NCBI GenBank assembly: GCA_027021705.1
Contig: JALUTT010000092.1
Location: 53,031 to 117,030 of the forward strand
Direction of reading: 5' to 3'
Source of the DNA: Anaerolineae bacterium
GTDB taxonomy: Bacteria > Chloroflexota > Anaerolineae > S140-20
Length of the DNA stretch: 64,000 nucleotides
How positions within the stretch are numbered: position 1 is the first letter of the stretch; the number at the start of each line of letters is the position of its first letter. The position numbers and the translations under genes were made by a program. The notes below the pieces were generated by a model, which ran no database searches, was not told the origin of the DNA, and was given only the letters and a program-made list of their open reading frames with translations. This document shows, piece after piece, positions 28,215 to 35,914 of the stretch.

Positions 28215-28664
28215 ATGACCAGGCCGGTCGCTTCAATCCAGGTTCTTCGCGCATTTAAACCCACCCTCGACACCCCTTTCCACATAGACTACGGCTGGTG
28301 GGAGCGGTCCGGACTGAACCTCCGGGTCTACCTTCAGAGCCATCTCTGTCCGGAACACCGCAAGCTCTTCGCCGACCTCCAGGAAGTGGAGGAGATTGAC
28401 TGGGTGGACGAAGAGACGGCTGAGGTGACCCGGGTGGATGGTCTCCGGCACGTGCTGCGCACCCATTGCAGCAAGCAGCCGGGCTATATCACTCCCCATA
28501 CCACGCTGGTGGATGCGATCTTTCGGGTCTTCCTGGCCAACGACAACAAGCCCCTGACCCCGGTTGAATTGGGACAGCGGATTGGACGGGACCCGATGAT
28601 GATCCTCCGAGCCCTCTCCCGAGGGCGGGTGTACAAGGGGTTGCGCCCTGTTGTGGATGCATAA
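28215..28664 (+). CDS. Hypothetical protein with possible C-terminal HTH
   Basis: HLCPEH and THC motifs; PLTPVELGQRIGRDPMMILRAL. Confidence 0.75.
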   Translation: MTRPVASIQVLRAFKPTLDTPFHIDYGWWERSGLNLRVYLQSHLCPEHRKLFADLQEVEEIDWVDEETAEVTRVDGLRHVLRTHCSKQPGYITPHTTLVDAIFRVFLANDNKPLTPVELGQRIGRDPMMILRALSRGRVYKGLRPVVDA

Positions 28665-28758
28665 GGACCCTCGTAGGAGACGGGATGTGGAACGGTCCAG
28701 CGCCTCCCCCATCGTCTTCGTTGCGGGGCTCTGGCCGCTTCGGGCGGGTTGACCGGCG

Positions 28759-29247
28759 ATGAAGCTCCTGGCCGATGCTATGCTGGGCCGGCTGGCCCGC
28801 TGGCTCCGCATCCTGGGGTACGACACCACCTACCTGACCGACACCGACGACTACACGGTGATGCGGGTGGCGCGAGCGGAAGGGCGGCTGCTGTTGACCC
28901 GGGACCGGGCGCTGGCCGCCCGGATCGGCCTGGGTGCCCTGCTCATCACCAGCGAGAAGCTGGAAGACCAGCTCCGACAGGTCCTCTCGACGTTGGGTCC
29001 CTCCTCCGCCAAACCCTTCACCCGCTGCCCCATCTGCAACACGCCGTTGGAACCCGTGGATCGCGAGACGGCCCGGGCGTGGGTTCCCCTCTACGTCTAT
29101 CAGACCCAGTCCCAGTTCTACCACTGCCCCGATTGCAACCGCTTCTACTGGCCGGGCACCCACTGGCAACAGATGCGGGCCCTGTTGAGCCGCGTGGACC
29201 GCACCGTGCGGGATGGCACGTCCGTTTCCGAACAGAAAGGAGGTTGA
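28759..29247 (+). CDS. Mut7-C (PIN + zinc ribbon) RNase
   Basis: ADAMLGRLARWLRILGYD, LLTRD, RCPICN, CPDCNRFYWPGTH. Confidence 0.9.
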   Translation: MKLLADAMLGRLARWLRILGYDTTYLTDTDDYTVMRVARAEGRLLLTRDRALAARIGLGALLITSEKLEDQLRQVLSTLGPSSAKPFTRCPICNTPLEPVDRETARAWVPLYVYQTQSQFYHCPDCNRFYWPGTHWQQMRALLSRVDRTVRDGTSVSEQKGG

Positions 29248-29251
29248 CGCG

Positions 29252-29605
29252 CTGAAGGTCGAACCCATCGAGTTGGCCCGACGCCTGGTGGACGCCATCG
29301 TGGACAAGAAGGGGGAGGATGTCCTGCTGCTGGACATCCGGGAGCAGGCGGTCTTCACCGACTACTTCATCATCTGCAGCGGCGAGAGCGAACGGCAGCT
29401 TCGGGCCATCCTGGAGGGCGTTCGGGAGACGGCCAAGAAGCAGTTCCACACGCTGCCCCTCCAGGTGGAAGGCGAGGCGATCAGCGGATGGGTGCTGGTG
29501 GACTACGGTGACGTGATCGTCCACATCTTCGCCCCGGAGTTGCGCACCTACTACGACCTGGAAGGGCTCTGGCGCGAGGGCCGGGTCGTCGTGCGAATCC
29601 AGTAG
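29252..29605 (+). CDS. rsfS: Ribosome silencing factor (start probably CTG 29252)
   Basis: DKKGED, DYFIICSG, WVLVDYGDVIVHIF, YYDLEGLW. Confidence 0.92.
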   Translation: MKVEPIELARRLVDAIVDKKGEDVLLLDIREQAVFTDYFIICSGESERQLRAILEGVRETAKKQFHTLPLQVEGEAISGWVLVDYGDVIVHIFAPELRTYYDLEGLWREGRVVVRIQ

Positions 29606-29621
29606 GCAATGCCTCCTCGGC

Positions 29622-29997
29622 CTATTGGATGGGACACGGATAAACGCGGGTCCGACGGATAGGCACGGATGTTTTCAGATATTTTTTAGAAAATCTGTGG
29701 CTATCCGTAGCATCCGTGTCATCCGTGGTCTATTGGATGGGACACGGATAAACACGGATTGGACGGATGGGCACGGATGTTTCTGAGAGATCTGTGGCTA
29801 TCCGTAGCACCTGTGTCATCCGTGGTCTATCGTCTATTGGATGGGACACGGATAAACGCGGGTCCGACGGATAGGCACGGATGTTTTCAGATATTTTTTA
29901 GAAAATCTGTGGCTATCCGTAGCATCCGTGTCATCCGTGGTCTATCGTCTATTAGATGGGGCACGGATAAACACGGATCCGACGGATAGGCACGGAC
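29622..29997. repeat. Tandem array of 3.5 hairpin units (104-115 bp) built from ACGGAT/ATCCGT motifs
   Basis: Units start 29622, 29730, 29834, 29949; units 1 and 3 appear identical. Confidence 0.9.
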
Positions 29998-30160
29998 TTG
30001 GGCCCGCACAGCCAGCCGGGCCTTCATCCGGTAGTTGAAGCGTGCCGTCCTCCCCAGGTCCTCCCGGTAGAGGATGGGTGAACGTCCCCTCAGTTCGTAC
30101 TGCTTGAGCCGCGTCGGCTGGTTCGCCGATTGGGCGATCAGCCCCTCCAGGTCCACGATG
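29995..30160 (-). pseudogene. Possible gene remnant resembling an alpha-2-macroglobulin C-terminus
   Basis: DLEGLIAQ...KQYELRGR...LYREDL...FNYRMKAR...RAQ; recognised by eye only. Confidence 0.3.
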
Positions 30161-30238
30161 ATCCACAGTCCACAGTCCTCAGTCCTCAGTCCGCCGCTAC
30201 GCCGCCATCCGCTATGCCGCTATGCCGCTATCCGCTAT
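30160..30238. repeat. GTCCTCA / GCCGCTA tandem mosaic
   Basis: gtccacagtcctcagtcctcagtccgccgctacgcc... Confidence 0.85.
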
Positions 30239-31167
30239 ACCCCCAGCCCCCGAGCCCGCCGTTCCTGGGGCAGCAGGCTGTGGTAGAGGAAGGTGTGGAG
30301 GGGAGTAGCGACGCCCACCTCCCGTCCCAGCCGCACGACGGCCCCGTTCTGGGCCTCCAGTTCCGAGGGCCGCCCTTCGAGGATGTCCCGCTGCATCGAG
30401 GCCGTCGCGCCGGGGGGCAGGCTGTCCACGAAGGCCATCGCCCGGTCTACGGCGTCGCCGGCCAGAGCGATGCCCCGGGCCTGGGCGACGGCGACGATCT
30501 CCTCCATCGCCTGGAGCAGCATCTGGCGGGTCTGGGGAAGGGAGCGCAGGACGCCGACGGGCGCCCGGGTCACGGCCCCCACGCCGCCCAGGGAGGCGAT
30601 GAAGAGGAACTTCTCCCACATCGCCGCCTGGATGTCGGGGGGCACCTCGGCCTTCACACCGGCGCGGAGGAAGGCTTGGCGCAGCCGCTCCGCCCGCTCG
30701 CTGGGGCGGTTGTCCAGCTCGCCGAAGGCGATGTAGGGCTCGGCCCCGGCGTGGCGGATCCGCCCCGGCCCGACGCGGGCGCTGAAGATCTTGCAGAGGC
30801 CACCCAGGACGTGCTCGGGGTCCAGGACGGCGGCCAGTTGGTCCGGCGCTTCCACGCCGTTCTGGAGGGGAACGACGAAGCTCTCCGGCCCCACCAGGGG
30901 GCGCATAGCCCGGGCCGCCTCGGGCACCTGCCAGGCCTTCACGCCGACCAGGACGACGTCCACAGGGCCGACCTGGGCGGGGTCGTCGGTGGCCTGGACC
31001 GGGTACAGGTGGAAGTCGCCCAGGATGCTCTCCACCTGCAGGCCCTGCCGGCGCATAGCCTGCAGGTGTTCGCCTCGGGCGATGAAGATCACCTCTTCGC
31101 CGGCCTGGGCCAGCCGTCCTCCGAAGTAGCCACCCACAGCACCGGCACCGAAGACGGCAATGCGCAT
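30235..31167 (-). CDS. panE: 2-dehydropantoate 2-reductase
   Basis: MRIAVFGAGAVGG, VKA, LQNG, WEKF, SMQRD...SELE; ATG 31167 after GGAGG. Confidence 0.92.
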   Translation of the reverse strand: MRIAVFGAGAVGGYFGGRLAQAGEEVIFIARGEHLQAMRRQGLQVESILGDFHLYPVQATDDPAQVGPVDVVLVGVKAWQVPEAARAMRPLVGPESFVVPLQNGVEAPDQLAAVLDPEHVLGGLCKIFSARVGPGRIRHAGAEPYIAFGELDNRPSERAERLRQAFLRAGVKAEVPPDIQAAMWEKFLFIASLGGVGAVTRAPVGVLRSLPQTRQMLLQAMEEIVAVAQARGIALAGDAVDRAMAFVDSLPPGATASMQRDILEGRPSELEAQNGAVVRLGREVGVATPLHTFLYHSLLPQERRARGLGV

Positions 31168-31182
31168 GGGAACCTCCTGTTG

Positions 31183-31745
31183 TAGCGGGCTAGCGGCGTA
31201 GCGGTTAGCGGCGTAGCGGTTAGCGGCATAGCGACCTAGCGGCTGGCGGCGCAGCGGCGGACCAAGGGATGAGGCACCGAGGACCGAGGCACTGAGGGCC
31301 GAGCGGCGTAGCGACCTAGCGGCTGGCGGCGTAGCGGCGGGCCGAGGGCTGAGGCACCGAGGACCGAGGACTGAGGACTGTACCTCCCATCCGCTCAATC
31401 CGTTCTCAAATCCGCTGACAGCTATCCGTTCCAGGGCGACCTAACGGCAAGCAGCTTAGCGGTGGACTGAGGACTGCATAGCCGACCGCCGACGGCCGAC
31501 GGCCGACCGCCGCCGGGGGAGGCACCGAGGGCTGAGGCACTGAGGGCCGAGCGGCGTAGCGACCTAGCGGCTGGCGGCGTAGCGGCGGGCCGAGGGCTGA
31601 GGCACCGAGGACCGAGGACTGAGGACTGTACCTCCCATCCGCTCAATCCGTTCTCAAATCCGCTGACAGCTATCCGTTCCAGGGCGACCTAACGGCAAGC
31701 AGCTTAGCGGCAGACTGCGGACTGCGGACTGCGGACTAAGGACTA
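31183..31745. repeat. TGAGGAC/TAGCGGC mosaic containing a 192-bp direct duplication
   Basis: 31271-31462 nearly identical to 31519-31710 (period 248). Confidence 0.9.
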
Positions 31746-34700
31746 AACACCCTTTCCACCGCCTGCAGCCGCTCCCAGGTGGCAGGGAGGCAGCCCAGCC
31801 GGGCCAGGAGGGGAACGAAGGCTCGGATGTAGCGCCAGACCTCTTCGCGGCCCCGCGCCCGCGCGGCGCGGAAGGCGGTGATGAGCCATCCGGCAGCCTG
31901 CTCCTCCCCCGGCGCGGCCACCTGGGCGAGGGCCTGGGCGACGGCGGTCAGGACCTGAGCGCGGTGCCGGTCGCTCTCAATCCTCTCTGCGGCGGCGAGG
32001 GCGTGGGTCAGCCCTTGGCGGTCTCTCACCTGGGCCAGGGCTTGGGCGACGGCGGTCAGGGCCTGGGCGTGCCAATAGATGTCCTCAATCCTCTCGGCGG
32101 CGGCGAGGACGCGGGAGAGACCCTCCCGATCGCCTACCTGGGCCATCGCCTGGGCGACGGTGGTCAGGACTTGGGCGCGGCGCTCGGCGTCCTCAATCCT
32201 CTCGGCGGCGGCGAGGGCGCGGGCCAGGGCTTGGCGAGCCTGGTCTTTATCCCCCACCTGGGCCAAGGCCTGGGCGATGGCGACCAGGGTCTCTTGGTCC
32301 AACGCCTGGGTGACGGCAGTTAGGACCTGGGCGCGGTATCGGTTGCTCTCAATCCTCTCGGCGGCGGCGAGGGCGCGGTCGAACGCTCCCCCCTGGGCCA
32401 AGGCCTGGGCGACGGCGGTCAGGGCCTCGGCGCGCCAATAGTTGTCCTCAATCCTCTCGGCGGCGGCGAGGGCGCGGTCGAACGCTCCCCCCTGGGCCAA
32501 GGCCTGGGCGACGGCGGTCAGGGCCTGGGCGCGGCCGCTGCTCCATCGAATCCTCTCGGTGGTGACGAGGGCGCGGGCCAGGGCTTGGCGAGCCTGGTCT
32601 TTATCCCCCACCTGGGCCAAGGCCTGGGCGACGGCGGTCAGGGCCTGGGCGCGGCGCCAATCCTTCTCAATCCTCTCGGCGGCGGCGAGAGCGCGGTCTA
32701 GGGCCTGTCGAGCCTGTTCCTGCTCCCCCACCTGGGTCATTGCCTGGGCGACGGCAGTCAGGGCCTGGGCGCCGTATCGGTTGCTCTCAATCCTCTTGGC
32801 GGCGGCGAGGGCGCGGTCCAGGGCCTGTCGAGCCCGTTCCCGCGCTCCCCCCTGGGCCAGGGCCTGGGCGACGGCGATCAGGGCCTGGACGCGGCGCCAA
32901 TCGTCCTCAATCCTCTTGGCGGCGGCGAGGGCGCGGTCGAACTCTTCCCCCTGGGCTAAGGCCTGAGCGACGGCGGTCAGGGCCTGAGCGCGGTCATCGG
33001 TGTCCCTGATCCTCTCGGCGGCGGCGAGGGCGCGGTCCAGGGCCTCCTTCATAACCTGGTCTGTCCGCCTCCCCGTCCGCTCCCAGGCCGCCAGCCCGAT
33101 CCGCCGGTAGGCCTCCGCCTGCCGCTTGGGGTCGGTAATCAGCTCCGCGTACCGCAGCGCCTGCTCCCCCTCCCCCAGCCGCGCCATCACCTCCATCGCC
33201 CCCACCGGCACCTGGGTCGCCAGCGTGCCCAGCGTTCCGTAGAGCAGGCTCCAGCCCACCACCGCTGGCACCCCCGCCACCCCCCGCCCCTCGGCCACCT
33301 CCAGCGCCCGCTCCACATCCCGGGCGTAGGCCCGCCGGCTCGGGTCCCGCGCCCGCTGGGCCGCGTACCACCCCCGGTCCTCGATCAGCCGCCCCAACGC
33401 CTCGAACTCCCCCGCCTTCGCCATATGCCAGCTCAGGTAGGCGTGCCCGTAGCCGTCGTCGGGCAGCGTGGACCACCGGCCCCCCCGGGTGCGGGCGCAG
33501 TAGCGGGCCACCAGTTGGGCGTGGGCCTCTCGCAGCGTCAGCCCCAGCCCCTCCGGTGGGGGGGCCACCAGCAGGCGGCGGGCCAGGCCGTGCAGCAGGT
33601 TGTGTAGGCGGTAGGTGGGCGTGCCGTCGGACAGGGGGGCACCGGGCAACAGCAGCGCCTTGTGATACAGGTAGCGCAGGCCGTCACGCGCCTCTCGCTC
33701 CTCCTTCCACCACACCGTCGCCATCATCGTCGGGGTCAGGCTTATGTCCTCCGGCAGCACCCCCAGCCTGGCGAACTGCTCCCGTCGCGCTTCCGGCAGC
33801 TGGCGCAGGCTCAAGTTGAAAGAAGCTAGTAGGCTGAGCCGCTTGCGGATCGTTTCGTCGGTCTCCCCCTCGGCTTCCGGCAACTCCAGCGCCTCCGGCC
33901 GGGCGATCTCCGCCTGCAGGTCGGCCAGCAAGTCCGCCCAGGGCACCCCGTCGTTCACCTGGGCGGCGGCCAACTCCAGGGCCAGGGGCAGGTAGCCCAC
34001 CGCCTCGGCCAGGGCCAGCGCCTGCTCCCGTTCCCCCTCGGCCAGGGAGCGGTCCAGCTTCTTGATCAGGAGCGCCAGCGCCTGCTCCGGCGTCATCACC
34101 TCTAGGGCGTAGAGCGTGGCCCCCACCGCATTGGCGATGACCGCCTCGCGGGTGGTGATGAGGACCCGGCAGCGGGGGCCGCCCACCAGGAAGGGGCGGA
34201 CGTGGGCCGGCTCCCAGGCGTCGTCCACCACCAGCAGGCAGGCCCGGTCGTGCAGCAGGCTGCGCAGGTGGGCCGAGGCCGACTCGATGAGGGGAAGGCG
34301 GAAGCTGCGGTCCCCCAGGGCGTAGATCCAGCCCAGCAGCAGCTCGGCCAGGTCCGGCTGCTGACCCAGCGTGGCCCAGAGGACGCCGTCGGGGAAGCGG
34401 GCCTGCACGTCGGGGTCGTGGGCCAGGGCGGCGGCCAAGGTGGACTTGCCGATGCCCTCCAGGCCGTGGATGGCGCTGACGACGAGGACGCCGGAGGAGG
34501 GCCGGCCGTCGTCCAGGAGCCGGGCCTTGAGCGCCTCGCTCACCTCGGGCCGGGGAACAAAGTGGGCCGGCAACGGCGGGGCCTGGGTGAGGTAGGTGGG
34601 GCCGGGCTCCACCACCGGTGGGGGTGGAGCGGTGGGACGGCGCTCGAGGAGGGCCGCGATCTGGACGATCTCGTCATCGAGGGGAACGTCCAGCCTCTCG

Positions 34701-34876
34701 CAGAGCGAGCGGTACTCCTCCAGTTTCCCCCCGATGAGCGTCCGCAGCCTTTTAATCTCCCGACGGGCGCGTCGCCTCTCCGTCGGCCTGTCGGAATCGC
34801 GCACGATCTCTTCGTGCTCCCTGATCAGGGCATACATCTCTCGGATGTCACGTTCGAGATCGTCCTTGGGTGCCAT
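31736..34876 (-). CDS. NB-ARC STAND NTPase with N-terminal helical domain and C-terminal TPR-like repeats (NLR-like)
   Basis: GLEGIGKS, LLVVDDAW, LITTR, GYLPLAL, RLHNLL, APAF-like helical segment, about 10 repeats. Confidence 0.92.
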   Translation of the reverse strand: MAPKDDLERDIREMYALIREHEEIVRDSDRPTERRRARREIKRLRTLIGGKLEEYRSLCERLDVPLDDEIVQIAALLERRPTAPPPPVVEPGPTYLTQAPPLPAHFVPRPEVSEALKARLLDDGRPSSGVLVVSAIHGLEGIGKSTLAAALAHDPDVQARFPDGVLWATLGQQPDLAELLLGWIYALGDRSFRLPLIESASAHLRSLLHDRACLLVVDDAWEPAHVRPFLVGGPRCRVLITTREAVIANAVGATLYALEVMTPEQALALLIKKLDRSLAEGEREQALALAEAVGYLPLALELAAAQVNDGVPWADLLADLQAEIARPEALELPEAEGETDETIRKRLSLLASFNLSLRQLPEARREQFARLGVLPEDISLTPTMMATVWWKEEREARDGLRYLYHKALLLPGAPLSDGTPTYRLHNLLHGLARRLLVAPPPEGLGLTLREAHAQLVARYCARTRGGRWSTLPDDGYGHAYLSWHMAKAGEFEALGRLIEDRGWYAAQRARDPSRRAYARDVERALEVAEGRGVAGVPAVVGWSLLYGTLGTLATQVPVGAMEVMARLGEGEQALRYAELITDPKRQAEAYRRIGLAAWERTGRRTDQVMKEALDRALAAAERIRDTDDRAQALTAVAQALAQGEEFDRALAAAKRIEDDWRRVQALIAVAQALAQGGARERARQALDRALAAAKRIESNRYGAQALTAVAQAMTQVGEQEQARQALDRALAAAERIEKDWRRAQALTAVAQALAQVGDKDQARQALARALVTTERIRWSSGRAQALTAVAQALAQGGAFDRALAAAERIEDNYWRAEALTAVAQALAQGGAFDRALAAAERIESNRYRAQVLTAVTQALDQETLVAIAQALAQVGDKDQARQALARALAAAERIEDAERRAQVLTTVAQAMAQVGDREGLSRVLAAAERIEDIYWHAQALTAVAQALAQVRDRQGLTHALAAAERIESDRHRAQVLTAVAQALAQVAAPGEEQAAGWLITAFRAARARGREEVWRYIRAFVPLLARLGCLPATWERLQAVERVFSP

Positions 34877-34889
34877 CGCTGCCCCTCAC

Positions 34890-34976
34890 AGGTTCCTCGG
34901 TCCTCGGTCCTCGGCCCTCATCCCTCGGCCCTCAGCCCTCAGCCCGCCGCCACGCCGCTACGCCGCTAGCCGCTAC
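34890..34976. repeat. GTCCTCG/GCCCTCA/GCCGCTA mosaic in NLR leader
   Basis: Opposite orientation to tract 31183-31745. Confidence 0.85.
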
Positions 34977-34977
34977 A

Positions 34978-35007
34978 AGTATACCACACCTCCCGACGAC
35001 CTTGCAA
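34978..35007 (-). promoter_or_regulatory. Promoter of NLR-like gene
   Basis: TTGCAA-N18-TATACT with TG extension. Confidence 0.6.
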
Positions 35008-35023
35008 CCGCCCCTCACTGGGA

Positions 35024-35150
35024 GATAGCTGTCAACGGATTAGGGGGAGCGGATTGAACGGATTCGGAATCCCCTAGGTGAAGCGCCGGTCCCTCCCGTC
35101 GTCTCCCATCCGCTCAATCCGTTCCTGAATCCGCTGACAGCCATCCGCTC
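35024..35150. repeat. ACGGAT-type inverted-repeat element; right arm also at 31384-31430 and 31632-31678
   Basis: GATAGCTGTCAACGGAT...ATCCGCTGACAGCCATC. Confidence 0.75.
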
Positions 35151-35171
35151 CAAATCTGGGTCTTGCTTGAG

Positions 35172-35912
35172 GGCAGCACCGGCCTGGAAGCGCCGGTGCT
35201 GGGGGGTCGGCGGGGCAGCACCGGCCTGAAGCGCCGGTGCTGGGGGCGGCGAGGCGGTCCGCCGTCGGCGGTCTGCATCGTGTCTTTCCCCATCCGTGGT
35301 GCTCTCCTCCCAAGTATACCACGCCTTCCCACGACATCCAACACCCTCCCGCAGGCCACGCCGTGGAGATGGGCAGCACCGGCCTGAAGCGCCGGTGCTG
35401 GGGGAAAATGAACCCAGCCCCGCCGGTTCGACGGCCCCCCAGCCCCGCCTGTTTGACGGCGGGGCGGTGGCGGTGGCAGCACCGGCCTGAAGCGCCAGTG
35501 CTGGGGGAAATGAACCCAGCCCCGCCTGTTTGACGGCGGGGCGGCTTCCCGCATCCCCCAGCCCCACCTGTTTGACGGCGGGGCGATGGCGGCGGGGCGG
35601 TGCCTGGAAGCGCCGGTGCTGGGGGAAGTGAACCCAGCCCCGCCTGTTCGACGGCGGGGCGGTGCCTGGAAGCGCCGGTGCTGGGGGAAAATGAACCCAG
35701 CCCCGCCTGTTCGACGGCGGGGCGGCTTCCCGCATCCCCCAGCCCCGCCTGTTCGACGGCGGGGCGGCTTCCCGCATCCCCCAGCCCCGCCTGTTTGACG
35801 GCGGGGCGGCTTCCCGCATCCCCCAGCCCCGCCTGTTTGACGGCCCCCCAGCCCCGCCGGTTCACGGCGGGGCGGTGGGCGGTGCCACGGCGGGGCGGTG
35901 GCGGCGGGGCGG
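35172..35912. repeat. Mosaic array of two GC-rich hairpins (REP/BIME-like)
   Basis: About 10 GCCCCGCC-TGTTYGAC-GGCGGGGC and about 6 CAGCACCGGC-CTGAAGC-GCCGGTGCTG copies, some partial. Confidence 0.9.
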
Positions 35913-35914
35913 CT

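Noticed and set aside
29622..29997. CRISPR array
   Set aside because: Units exceed 100 bp, intervening sequence is repeated rather than unique, and no cas genes are present
31168..31398. N-terminal extension of PanE and repeat ORFs at 31422-31646 and 35040-35819
   Set aside because: Low-complexity translations of tandem repeats
31920..33045. Diversity-generating retroelement target
   Set aside because: No reverse transcriptase or template repeat in the window; differences are not restricted to adenines
35370..35912. CRISPR array
   Set aside because: Linkers between hairpins are short and reused; no unique spacers
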